A stretch of DNA of 64,000 nt, from positions 34,006-98,005 of the forward strand of contig JAZOTE010000063.1 in assembly GCA_045657485.1 (NCBI GenBank), in the 5' to 3' direction. Below the pieces are notes generated by a model. It worked only from the letters and a program-made list of their open reading frames with translations, ran no database searches and was not told the DNA's origin. Shown here in pieces: positions 1 to 8,763 of this stretch. Position 1 is the stretch's first letter; every line of letters begins with the position of its first letter. The DNA is from Eubacteriales bacterium (lineage in GTDB: Bacteria; Bacillota; Clostridia; Oscillospirales; CAG-272). The translations under genes and the position numbers were made by a program.

Positions 1-1232
1 GAAAATCCTCCCACGCCTCCGCCGGATTTCGTATATGGCGCCGTATATTGCACGTGGCCGGATATTCTGTCCTGACAATCGGAGATGTCGTCAATCCACT
101 TTGTATAGAATTTCTTCGCGTCTAAGGACTTCATAGCCGCGGTGCAGGTAAGATGTCCGTCGCCAAGGTAACCTCTGCGCTCTATGTGGGGACAGTCAGA
201 GGGGACTCCCTGGTGCATATTGGAAAGCTGTGTGAGAAGATAGGCGTTGTAAAGCCAGTTGAGCGTTTCGTCATCGCACTCAAAGTGAGAGCTTATATTA
301 ACGTCGCAGTTTATTCTGTTGACGGATAAGCATTTTGCATTTCCGCGCACCTTGAAGTATCTGAAGCCAAACCAGGTGAAGAGCGGCTCAAGCAGACGCT
401 TTTCTCCGTGCACCTCGTAGAGCATTTTTTGCTTATGCGTGTTTCTCTGATTTAGATCGCCGCTTTCGCAGAGAGCCTCGGAGAACGTTACCTCGATCAG
501 CCCCGAATATCCGTCCGTAGCGAGCACCGGAAAACCGGTAAGATTTTTTCCCGCATCGTATATTACAGCGCCGTCCTTCTCCCCGATAACCGTGGGAGTA
601 ATTATCTCTACCGTTCTATCAGGGGGACAGTCGGTGTACATATACGTGGTATCGGGAGCTTTCGCCACAACCGCTCGCTTCCATTCGGAGTCGTCGTATT
701 CAGGCAAAAATAAGTCGGAGGAGAAACCAAGATAATTATGGCTCTCACCTAAATTCAAGTCGCACTGCTTTACGTATGACTCAGTGTATACAGCATCGGT
801 ATCGGAGTATATGTAATAGGTGTTTTCACTTGTTTCGATGGTTATTTTGAAGCAGAGCTTCTTTTCTCCGTACGGAACTTCCTTGTATATACCGGTCGCT
901 CCGGTATACCATCCGTCACCGAGCATTACGGCAAGGGTGTTTTTTCCTTCCTTTAAAAGCTCTGTAATATCGTATTTCGCAACGTAGCAACGATGATTGG
1001 TTACCTCGTCTGTGGGGCTGCCTCTGTGCTCATAATCAGTAGCCAGCGGCATAAAGTAATCGTCGCTTCCGCGTACGCCGTTAACGTAAAAAACGAAGGA
1101 TGCAAATCCGAGAATATCTATGGTAGCGCTCCGAAATCCGTACGCGTCAAAGCTCTTTCTGATTATAGGGTTAATAGCTGTATCGGCGGCAGCGATCCAT
1201 TTTGCTTCGCCAAATATTTCCTTGAAATACAT
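1..1232 (-). CDS. GH78-like alpha-L-rhamnosidase, N-terminal ~410 aa only (gene runs off the window start)
   Basis: Absent from the ORF track because there is no stop in the window. The minus strand reads ATG at 1232-1230 (RBS AGGAG 7 nt upstream), then MYFKEIFGEAKWIAAADTAINP... I spot-checked the frame at 1232, ~650 and ~130-240 and it reads sensibly in all three places. It contains GVPSDCPHIERRGYLGDGHL, resembling the DCPxRE(R)xGxxGD segment I recall from GH78 enzymes. Confidence 0.55.
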   Translation of the reverse strand, partial: MYFKEIFGEAKWIAAADTAINPIIRKSFDAYGFRSATIDILGFASFVFYVNGVRGSDDYFMPLATDYEHRGSPTDEVTNHRCYVAKYDITELLKEGKNTLAVMLGDGWYTGATGIYKEVPYGEKKLCFKITIETSENTYYIYSDTDAVYTESYVKQCDLNLGESHNYLGFSSDLFLPEYDDSEWKRAVVAKAPDTTYMYTDCPPDRTVEIITPTVIGEKDGAVIYDAGKNLTGFPVLATDGYSGLIEVTFSEALCESGDLNQRNTHKQKMLYEVHGEKRLLEPLFTWFGFRYFKVRGNAKCLSVNRINCDVNISSHFECDDETLNWLYNAYLLTQLSNMHQGVPSDCPHIERRGYLGDGHLTCTAAMKSLDAKKFYTKWIDDISDCQDRISGHVQYTAPYTKSGGGVGGF

Positions 1233-1252
1233 TTTTTTCTCCTGTTACGTTT

Positions 1253-1984
1253 TTATATCTTTCTGATAACCTGAGGTACGAACTGCAGATAATCGGCTGA
1301 AACTATATTCATCTCTATGCCCCTGTGATCAAATCTTGGCGCCACGGTATAATTACCGTGAATATGTCCGTAATAAACCCGTTTGATCTTGTATTCTAAA
1401 AGCAGCTCTATCAGACTGTCGGACGCCTTTCCGTTCCAAAAAGGAGGGAAATGTGTAAAAACCAATATTTCCTTTTCGGGAGATTTTTCCTTCAGCTTGA
1501 GGGCTTCATCCAGGCTCGTTTTCAGTCTGCCACGCTCACGGGCGGTCAGCTTTTCAAAATTAACGTCGCTTGGGGCGTTCGTTGAATCCTCGTCGTTGTA
1601 CCAGCCTCTTGTACCGGCTATAATGCAATCTTCGCACTCGTGGGCGTTGTTAAAGAGAAACGATATACTTTCGATTCCGTGCTTTTCAAAAAAAGCAGCG
1701 TGCTTTTTCATAGTGCACCACCAAAAATCGTGATTACCCTTGCCAAGTATCTTTTTGCCGGGCAGAGAGTCTATGAACTTCAGATCCGAAAGCGCTTCAT
1801 CGAGTGACAGAGCCCAGGAAATATCGCCGGGTATGATCACGGTATCAGAGTCGGTGACCAAACGTCGCCAGTTGCTCTCTATGCGCTTCATATAGTCTGC
1901 CCATCTGCTGCCGAAGACCTCCATGGATTTGTTAGTTTCTCCATAGGTCGAAAGGTGCAGATCTGCAATAGTATACAGCGACAT
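1253..1984 (-). CDS. metallophosphoesterase (calcineurin-like phosphoesterase family)
   Basis: 243 aa. Motifs IADLHLS, GDISW, GNHDFWW and GHIHGN are typical metallophosphoesterase metal-ligand motifs. It lies 20 nt upstream of the GH78-like gene on the same strand. Confidence 0.8.
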   Translation of the reverse strand: MSLYTIADLHLSTYGETNKSMEVFGSRWADYMKRIESNWRRLVTDSDTVIIPGDISWALSLDEALSDLKFIDSLPGKKILGKGNHDFWWCTMKKHAAFFEKHGIESISFLFNNAHECEDCIIAGTRGWYNDEDSTNAPSDVNFEKLTARERGRLKTSLDEALKLKEKSPEKEILVFTHFPPFWNGKASDSLIELLLEYKIKRVYYGHIHGNYTVAPRFDHRGIEMNIVSADYLQFVPQVIRKI

Positions 1985-2012
1985 TTCGGACGCTCCTTTC
2001 TTGTCTTGAAAA

Positions 2013-2043
2013 TGAATAGAAATTCTGTCTTAGGTCAATACTA
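2013..2043 (+). promoter_or_regulatory. candidate forespore-type (sigmaF/G-like) promoter for the DUF1540 gene
   Basis: TGAATA-17 nt-CAATACTA lies 42 nt upstream of the ATG at 2085. It resembles my recollection of the sigmaG consensus (GnATA-N17/18-CATnnTA). Weak, motif-only call. Confidence 0.25.
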
Positions 2044-2084
2044 CGAATGCGCAATAGCGCAAAACAGGAAAAGAGGGTAGAGAA

Positions 2085-2279
2085 ATGAACGAAAGAAAGA
2101 ATTCAGATTGTAAATGCGATAGCACAAAGTGCATCAAGGGCGTTGTCTGCGATGTAAAAAATTGCGCTTATCATTCCGGCGATTGCCACTGCTACGCGGG
2201 AACGATATCCGTTGGTCCGCGAGAGGCAAGCTGCTCGGCAAATACCAATTGCGCAACCTTCAAGCCCAAGGAGTGCTGA
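2085..2279 (+). CDS. DUF1540-like small cysteine-rich protein
   Basis: 64 aa with 10 Cys and repeated V.C.V..C.YH / C.A..I.V pattern. RBS GAGGG upstream. Confidence 0.7.
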   Translation: MNERKNSDCKCDSTKCIKGVVCDVKNCAYHSGDCHCYAGTISVGPREASCSANTNCATFKPKEC

Positions 2280-2328
2280 TAAGGCTCTGAGCGAATACCT
2301 CTCCGGATATTCATTCAGACCTTTAAAA

Positions 2329-3816
2329 TCAGCCGCGAATAGCAAATTTTTCCACAGCCGACATCATTTCGCTTCGCTCTATAACGTCTGTATGACGTGG
2401 AGGCATTGATAGAACCTTAGCCAGAGGCGCAGGCATATTTATACCCGTCAGCTTCTCAAGCATCAACGGAGCCTCCAGATCCTCCGAGGGCTTCACTCCG
2501 GTCAGAGAAGCGTATACGTCGCCTGCAAATTTGTAGGGAGAGGCAGTGGATACTACCAGCATCGCGCCCGTCGTCTTAGCGTCACGCATATATCTTTCTG
2601 CGGCATTGACCGCTACCGAGGTATGAGTGTCGATAAGATGATGGGCATCCTTGTATATACGCGCCACCGTTTCCATACACTCGCTCTCGTCCGTGGAATA
2701 TCCGACGAAGGCTTCCTTTATCATCGCAAGTTCCTCGCCTGTCAGGGTGTATTCTCCGTCTGCTCCGAGTTTTCTCATATATTCTGCACATTTTTCACTA
2801 CCGAGAGTGATGAACAGCAGTCTTTCGAGATTGGATGAAATAAGTATATCCATAGAGGGTGACATAGTCGTGTGGAACACTCTCTTTTTATTATATCTTC
2901 CGCTCTCCATAAATTCAGTGAGGACGTCGTTTTTGTTGGATGCGCAAACCAGCTTACCGATAGGCACACCCATCCTTTTTGCGATAAATCCCGCAAAGAT
3001 ATTGCCGAAATTACCCGTTGGAACACATACGTCCAACAGATCGCCGTATCTGATAGCTCCCAATTTCATAAGGTCGCAGTACGCGGAAACGTAGTAGACT
3101 ATCTGCGGTACGAGTCTGCCCCAGTTGATAGAGTTGGCGCTTGAGAGAAATACGCCGGAGGAGTTCAGTCTGTCCCTGCAGTCACTGTCGGAAAAGATGT
3201 TTTTCACACCGGTCTGGGCATCGTCGAAATTGCCTACGATACCAACGACGGACACGTTATCTCCGTCCTGTGATTGCATCTGGCGCTTCTGTACCGAGCT
3301 GACGCCGTCGATAGGGTAGAACACCTTTATTTTCGTTCCGGAAACGTTTTTGTAACCCTCCAGCGCCGCCTTGCCCGTATCGCCTGATGTCGCTACGAGT
3401 ATCAGAGCCTCTCTGCTTTCTCCGCATTTTTTCAGAGCTCTGACGAACAGTCTGGGCATTATCTGCAGAGCCATATCCTTGAATGCCGAGGTGGGACCGT
3501 GCCACAGCTCAAGCATGTATTTATTCTCTCCGAGCTTGGATATGGGTGCTGCCGACGGTACGAATTTGTCATCCGAATACGCCGCGTTCGCATCGGCGAG
3601 AAGCTCATCATAGCTGTAATCGGTCAGAAAGAGCGAGAGTATTTTCGCGCATCTTTCGGGGTAGGTGAGAGCAGCCAGCTGGCGAATAAAATCCTCGTCG
3701 ACCGTAGGGATATATTCGGGCATATACAGACCGCCGTCGGATGCAAGTCCTCTCTTTATTGCTTCGCTGGAATTGACGCCATTTGAATCGGCGCCTCTGG
3801 TGCTTATATATTTCAT
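2329..3816 (-). CDS. thrC: threonine synthase
   Basis: 495 aa. N-terminus MKYISTRG..., PLP-lysine context SAFKDMALQ, and full-length match to the long-form ThrC pattern. Confidence 0.93.
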   Translation of the reverse strand: MKYISTRGADSNGVNSSEAIKRGLASDGGLYMPEYIPTVDEDFIRQLAALTYPERCAKILSLFLTDYSYDELLADANAAYSDDKFVPSAAPISKLGENKYMLELWHGPTSAFKDMALQIMPRLFVRALKKCGESREALILVATSGDTGKAALEGYKNVSGTKIKVFYPIDGVSSVQKRQMQSQDGDNVSVVGIVGNFDDAQTGVKNIFSDSDCRDRLNSSGVFLSSANSINWGRLVPQIVYYVSAYCDLMKLGAIRYGDLLDVCVPTGNFGNIFAGFIAKRMGVPIGKLVCASNKNDVLTEFMESGRYNKKRVFHTTMSPSMDILISSNLERLLFITLGSEKCAEYMRKLGADGEYTLTGEELAMIKEAFVGYSTDESECMETVARIYKDAHHLIDTHTSVAVNAAERYMRDAKTTGAMLVVSTASPYKFAGDVYASLTGVKPSEDLEAPLMLEKLTGINMPAPLAKVLSMPPRHTDVIERSEMMSAVEKFAIRG

Positions 3817-3882
3817 ATCAGTCCTCTTTTGCCCGTTATATCGGGCTTTTCCTTTGCCTGCTAGCAGGCGTTCGTTTTTTTG

Positions 3883-4314
3883 TTATATTCTGTATACTTT
3901 ATAGGAGCTTCTGTCATACGCCCCTATCATATGGTTTATTTTCTTTACCTTTTGCTTTGACCCGCGGCTCTCTACGTACACCTCGATAATGTCCATACGC
4001 ATTTTCTTGTTCGAGGGGTGGTATGCCTTATAGTAGCTTGCCGCGTTTATGATCTTACGTTGCTTTTCGGGTGTTACCGCAGATGCCGGACGCGGCTCTT
4101 TCGGGTTTTCCGTCCCGATACTTCTCGTCTTTACCTCAACGAAAATTACGTGCTGACGGTCGGAGGCTATAATGTCGATCTCGCTTCCCGGCGCCACGTA
4201 GTTTCGCTCCAGAATTTTGAAGCCGTGCCATCGCAGGAAGCGCGCAGCTGCCCGTTCTCCCAGATCACCTGTTCGGCGCTTTTCCGTTTTTATCTTAAGT
4301 ATTTCCATCGTCAA
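3883..4314 (-). CDS. yraN: YraN-family (UPF0102) endonuclease-like protein
   Basis: 143 aa with G.LGE..A..FL...G..IL.RNY....GEIDIIA and VFVEVKTR. Conserved position after rnhB. Confidence 0.85.
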   Translation of the reverse strand: MTMEILKIKTEKRRTGDLGERAAARFLRWHGFKILERNYVAPGSEIDIIASDRQHVIFVEVKTRSIGTENPKEPRPASAVTPEKQRKIINAASYYKAYHPSNKKMRMDIIEVYVESRGSKQKVKKINHMIGAYDRSSYKVYRI

Positions 4315-4903
4315 GGAATTTCAGGAACGACCTTCTGTGTATGGGAGAAGGGCCGTATTTTCTGACCGCGTCCATATGCTCCTTTGTGGGATATCCCTTG
4401 TGCTTTGCTATGTTGTACTGCGGATATTCAGCATCCAATTTCTTGCACTGTCGGTCACGGGTGACCTTGGCTAGAATTGACGCAGCCGCGATAGAGCAGC
4501 TTATCGAGTCGCCCTTGACAACCGTTTCCGTAGGTATAGTGAAGCCTCTGGACTGATTTCCGTCTATAAGCGCGAAATCCGCAGGCACTTTAAGGGCGTC
4601 AACGGCCCTTCGCATAGCCAGCATAGACGCGTTCAGTATGTTGATCTCGTCGATTTCAGCAGGACTTGCCTCAGCCACGGCGTAGGCGATCGCCTTTTCC
4701 GTTATTATATCAAATAGCTTCTCTCGCTTTTTTTCGGTCAGCTTTTTAGAGTCGTTCAGTCCCTCGATCTCTATATCCTTCGGAAGTATTACGGCGGCAG
4801 CTACGACAGGTCCGAGCAAAGGTCCTCTTCCTGCCTCGTCACAGCCGCACACAGCCGTGTATCCTTCGTTATACAGTCTGTTTTCATATTCAAAGCTTGG
4901 CAT
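4295..4903 (-). CDS. rnhB: ribonuclease HII
   Basis: 202 aa with GCDEAGRGPLLGPVVAAAV, DSKKLT and IAAASILAKVTRD motifs. Confidence 0.95.
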   Translation of the reverse strand: MPSFEYENRLYNEGYTAVCGCDEAGRGPLLGPVVAAAVILPKDIEIEGLNDSKKLTEKKREKLFDIITEKAIAYAVAEASPAEIDEINILNASMLAMRRAVDALKVPADFALIDGNQSRGFTIPTETVVKGDSISCSIAAASILAKVTRDRQCKKLDAEYPQYNIAKHKGYPTKEHMDAVRKYGPSPIHRRSFLKFLDDGNT

Positions 4904-4905
4904 AT

Positions 4906-5772
4906 TTACCTCTCCGGCTTCTCAAGAGTTATACGTCCGATCGTACCGCCCCTGAATTCGTCCAGCAGCACGTCGGCAGTTCTTTTTGCGTTTATCTCGC
5001 CGCCGCTCATAAGGAATCCGCGCTTTTTTCCAACCAGCATAAAGAGATCGTAGCAATCAAGTCCGTCCACCTCTTCGTCGGTAAGCTTGTATCTGGCTTT
5101 AAACTTTTCAGGCGCGACCTCCATAAGTCTGCCGCAAAGTATCATAGCAATTTCTTCCGTATCAAGTATCGTGTCCTTGATAGCTCCGGTCATAGCCAAA
5201 TTTTCTCCGACTCGCTCATCCTCAAATTTCGGCCACAGCACTCCCGGCATATCCAACAGATCGAAGCCGATCTCCGTAGGCACCCATTGCTTTGTCATGG
5301 TAACTCCGGGTCGATCCTCTACGCGCGCCTTCTTGGACCCTGCGATACGGTTTATCAGCGAGGATTTTCCTACGTTTGGGATACCGACTATCATAGCTTT
5401 AAGCCGTCTGCCCGACATACCCTTTGATTTGTATCTTTCGATCTTGTCAGCGAGGGCAGTACGCACGGCAAGCTCCAGAGCGTCAATGCCAACGGATGCC
5501 GTTGAGTCAATAATAACGGTAGGAGAGCCCTCATCCGTGTATTTCTTTGCCCAGGCGCGCGACAGCTCAGGATCCGCCAGAGTTGATTTTGTCAGAACCG
5601 TGATCCTTGGCTTGTCACCGATCAAATTTTTGATTTCGGGATTTTTGGAGCTGTAGGGGATCCTGGCATCCAGTATTTCCAGAACGATATCTACCTCTCC
5701 CAGACATTCCCTCATCAAACGCTTGGTTTTCGCCATATGACCGGGGAACCACTGTATAGGATTCTTTGCCAT
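4906..5772 (-). CDS. rbgA: ribosome biogenesis GTPase A (YlqF/RbgA)
   Basis: 288 aa. Starts IQWFPGHMAK and shows the circularly permuted GTPase order (LTKSTL ... GIPNVGKSSLIN ... DMPG). Confidence 0.95.
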   Translation of the reverse strand: MAKNPIQWFPGHMAKTKRLMRECLGEVDIVLEILDARIPYSSKNPEIKNLIGDKPRITVLTKSTLADPELSRAWAKKYTDEGSPTVIIDSTASVGIDALELAVRTALADKIERYKSKGMSGRRLKAMIVGIPNVGKSSLINRIAGSKKARVEDRPGVTMTKQWVPTEIGFDLLDMPGVLWPKFEDERVGENLAMTGAIKDTILDTEEIAMILCGRLMEVAPEKFKARYKLTDEEVDGLDCYDLFMLVGKKRGFLMSGGEINAKRTADVLLDEFRGGTIGRITLEKPER

Positions 5773-5790
5773 TTTAAAGTCCTTTCGTTA

Positions 5791-7689
5791 TCAGTCAACA
5801 GCTCCGAAGCTGTCAAATGGGTAAAATCTGAACAACACTCTTCCAAGTATGCTGTCAGCGTTTACGGGTCCGAAGTCCTCTGAGTCACGGGAATTATTTC
5901 TGTGATCTCCCAAAACGAAGATCTCTCCCTTGCCAACGACCCATTCTCCCTCGTTGTATGCGTGCTTGTAGCTCTCGTATACGTAGTCCTCAAGCAGTGG
6001 CTCTCCGTTTACGTATACGTTTCCCTCCCTATCTATCCTTACGGTGTCGCCCTCAATACCGATGATCCTCTTGATCAGAGCCGCATCACCGGACACCTTG
6101 TAGTCCTCAAACACGACGATATCGCCGCGCTTCGGCTCGTAAAGAAAATCGGATATGATCAGTATATCACCGTCAGAGAGCGTTTTTTCCATAGATCCGC
6201 CGTCAACTACTGAGTGACGGAAGAAAAAGCCTGTAATTACCATTACGGCGATGAACGTGAATGCGATAAGCTCCACGGTTTCAAAAACGGTGTCTATAAA
6301 TCTTGGCTTTTCGGGATTATATCCCGGCTTTTCGTCGTTTTCGGGAACTTTTTTTTGCTCCCCAAGATCCATCTGCAGCTGAGCCGCGTCCTCATACTCC
6401 TCATCGTCCGGGTAATCGTCGGCGTACTCGTAAACGTCAGCCTCAATAGGCTCTTCCTCCTCAAGCTGAGCTTCCGTATCCTCAGTATTTTCAACGTGGG
6501 AGGTGCTGTAGGACCATATATCCGCGGTGGTCAGCAGATCCACCGGCTCGACTTCACGGTCAAAGGATAGGGAAGCGCTGTCAACCTCATCCGTATCGGT
6601 AGCTTCTGCGGTGGCATCGGCTGCGAGGTCCTCTCCGCCGTCGGTCTTTTCGGTACCCGTTTCGGTATTTCCGTCTATCTCGTCCTCAGAGCCGTCAGGC
6701 TGCGTGTCGTCTTTTAGAATATTGGTGTTCACAGCCTCGTCGGTCGCCTCGGCAAGCTCCTCGTCAACCTCGTCTGAAGCTTGGCTTTCGTCAGCCTCGT
6801 CGGTCACATCGGCAAGCTCCTCGTCAACCTCGTCTGAAGCTTGGCTTTCATTAGCCTCGTCGGTCGCCTCGGTAAGCTCCTCGTCAACCTCGTCGGTCGC
6901 CTCTATAGCCTTATCGTCCTCTTTTTCCTCTCCGATACTTTCTCGTTCGGTATCCTCATCATCTTCGCAAGAGAGGAGGGAATCATCTTCTTCATCTGAC
7001 GTAGCTGCGGCGTCAGCGACCTCCCCAAGACCGTACGCCTTACCCTCAATATTCATAGCCTGCGATATGGTTTTCCATTCGTCATCGGTGACAGGCTCGT
7101 CCTCGTCGTAGATCACCTCGTCCTCATCCTCGTCTGTTATAACGAGATCGTCGATTTCCAGCTCCGGCGTCTTGGAGGTGTTTGCGCTGCCGGTGCTATT
7201 AAGAACGTCTGCCATTACAAGCTTGTAGTCGGCAAGAAACGCCTGGTATTTTGCATTTTCCTCCGCGCTTTCGTGAGTATCCTCTATATCGTCGGAATCG
7301 TATGCTATCAGCGAGGGGTCCGGATCTGCGTGGGGCAGGAAGGAAATATCGTCCTCACCCTCGTCCGAAGAACCGTCCTCTGACATTTCGAAAATAGGAG
7401 TGAGCTTGTCTATTTCATCTGCGTCGGGAACCTCGGCAAAAAGACGGCCCTCATTCTTTTTTGCCCTCGTTCTCTTTTTCTTTACCGGATTTTCGGCAGT
7501 ATTTTTTGAGCCATCATCAGAAACTTTATCTATGCTTTCGTCGCCGTAAAGCTCCTCTTTTTTTTCTTTCTCTTTGCTCTTTGTTCCGTCAATTTCAGCT
7601 TTCTTTCGGCTCTTGGCTTTCGGGGTAGCGTTTTCCTCAGCGGCTATTTCTATCGCTTTGGCATTACCTTCGTTTTTCTTCTTAGCCAT
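5791..7689 (-). CDS. lepB: signal peptidase I with ~465-aa acidic N-terminal extension
   Basis: The C-terminal ~165 aa hold a TM helix VELIAFTFIAVMVITGFFF, the catalytic Ser box GGSMEKTL, the Lys box LIKRIIGIEGD and GDHRNNSRDS. The N-terminal region is D/E/S/T-rich low complexity. Conserved position upstream of ylqF. Confidence 0.88.
   Translation of the reverse strand: MAKKKNEGNAKAIEIAAEENATPKAKSRKKAEIDGTKSKEKEKKEELYGDESIDKVSDDGSKNTAENPVKKKRTRAKKNEGRLFAEVPDADEIDKLTPIFEMSEDGSSDEGEDDISFLPHADPDPSLIAYDSDDIEDTHESAEENAKYQAFLADYKLVMADVLNSTGSANTSKTPELEIDDLVITDEDEDEVIYDEDEPVTDDEWKTISQAMNIEGKAYGLGEVADAAATSDEEDDSLLSCEDDEDTERESIGEEKEDDKAIEATDEVDEELTEATDEANESQASDEVDEELADVTDEADESQASDEVDEELAEATDEAVNTNILKDDTQPDGSEDEIDGNTETGTEKTDGGEDLAADATAEATDTDEVDSASLSFDREVEPVDLLTTADIWSYSTSHVENTEDTEAQLEEEEPIEADVYEYADDYPDDEEYEDAAQLQMDLGEQKKVPENDEKPGYNPEKPRFIDTVFETVELIAFTFIAVMVITGFFFRHSVVDGGSMEKTLSDGDILIISDFLYEPKRGDIVVFEDYKVSGDAALIKRIIGIEGDTVRIDREGNVYVNGEPLLEDYVYESYKHAYNEGEWVVGKGEIFVLGDHRNNSRDSEDFGPVNADSILGRVLFRFYPFDSFGAVD
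6733..6894. repeat. 60-bp tandem repeat (~2.7 copies) inside the lepB N-terminal extension
   Basis: Lines 6721/6781/6841 align column for column (agcctcgtcggtc.c.tcgg.aagctcctcgtcaacctcgtctgaagcttggctttc...). This encodes a repeated 20-aa unit SDEVDEELA(E/D)(A/V)TDEA(D/N)ESQA. Confidence 0.9.
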
Positions 7690-7765
7690 TTTTTTACCAC
7701 CCTTTCCACAAAACTTACGGCCATTTGCATCAAAATGCGCACTGACCCAGCATACGTTACTCTAT

Positions 7766-7794
7766 ATTTTAGCACACAAGCGCGAGAATTACAA
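7766..7794 (-). promoter_or_regulatory. sigmaA-type promoter for lepB operon
   Basis: On the minus strand: TTGTAA-17 nt-TAAAAT, with TGc directly upstream of the -10 (extended -10). It lies ~75 nt upstream of the lepB ATG. Confidence 0.6.
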
Positions 7795-7896
7795 TATATT
7801 TATAAAATAATTTTTATATCGTCCTATAAATACGGGGGTTCTCAGCCAAAACCCGTATTGAGCACAAAAAGATCGGCAGCGTCGGGCGTAACGACG

Positions 7897-7958
7897 TGAT
7901 CCCCTTATCGTAGTCTTGAAAAACCTTCGCTTTTCAAGGGGCTACCCTAAGGGGATCA
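7897..7958. repeat. nested (two-tier) perfect inverted repeat / cruciform-hairpin element
   Basis: Outer arms TGATCCCCTTA (7897-7907) and TAAGGGGATCA (7948-7958) are 11/11 complementary. Inner arms CTTGAAAA (7915-7922) and TTTTCAAG (7931-7938) are 8/8 complementary. It sits at the 5' break of the GH35 remnant. Confidence 0.8.
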
Positions 7959-8016
7959 TAAGAAAACGCGTAGCAGCTCGATTAAAAATCAGCTTGATAA
8001 AAGTACAAAGAAAATT

Positions 8017-8763
8017 TCAATTGCGGAGGGCTTGGATCTTAACGTTATTATCCGTCCCGGACCGTACATATTCTCCGAGTGGGATTTCGGCGGTCTTCCA
8101 TCGTGGCTTCTCAAATATCCGAATATTGCCGTTCGCTGCAACGATCCGATATATATGTCCAAGGTTCGTGCGTACTTAAAGGAGCTTTCAGCGAGAGTTC
8201 GCCCGCATCTTTGCACAAACGGCGGAAAAGTCATAATGCTTCAGATAGAAAATGAGTACGGTTCATACGGAAACGATAAAGAATATCTTCGTCAGCTGGT
8301 GGATATTTACCGTGATAACGGTATTGACTGTTTATTGTTTACGTCTGACGGTACGCTTGATTGGATGCTCGGCGGAGGTACGTTGCCCGAAGTGCTTGTG
8401 GTGGCAAACTTCGGAAGCAAGGTAGAGGAGCAGCTTACAGTGCTTCGAGATTTCCAAGGGTAACGTCCTCTTATGTGCGGTGAATTTTGGTGCGGTTGGT
8501 TCGATCATTGGTATGAGGAGCACAGAAAGCAGCGCGATCCGGATGAGATAGCGGCTAATCTTGATGCTTTTGCGGAAATGGATGCCTCCATAAACTTTTA
8601 CACATTTCACGGCGGTACAAATTTCGGCTTCTGGAATGGCGCGAATCATCCGGATGAAGGCTACAAGCCTACCACGACCAGCTATGAATTTACCGCTCCG
8701 CTTACCGAAGCCGGCGACCTTACTCCTCTTTACAAAAAGAGCTGTCCCAAACGTAAGGCTTGA
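8017..8763 (+). pseudogene. GH35 beta-galactosidase remnant (5'- and 3'-truncated, internal in-frame stop)
   Basis: ORFs 8032-8463 and 8473-8763 are in the same frame, separated by TAA at 8461-8463. Together they read ...VIIRPGPYIFSEWDFGGLPSWLL...IMLQIENEYGSYG...FQG*RPLMCGEFWCGWFDHW...FYTFHGGTNFGFWNGAN, which is the GH35 catalytic TIM-barrel core. The first ~75 aa and the C-terminal ~270 aa expected for the family are missing. Confidence 0.8.

Noticed and set aside
993-1274. A 93-aa plus-strand ORF at the GH78-like / phosphoesterase junction.
   Set aside because: It is entirely antisense to the GH78-like coding sequence and the intergenic RBS region. It has no RBS and no motifs.
2103-2409. 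Small ORFs (80 aa on the minus strand, 65 aa on the plus strand) overlapping the DUF1540 gene and the thrC 3' end.
   Set aside because: They overlap better-supported genes in other frames and have no translation signals.
3817-3882. A GC palindrome (GCCTGCTAGCAGGC) followed by a T-run on the + strand, between yraN and thrC.
   Set aside because: Both flanking genes are on the minus strand. On that strand the hairpin is followed by A/G-rich sequence, so it is not their terminator. At most it blocks antisense read-through, and nothing else supports a feature.
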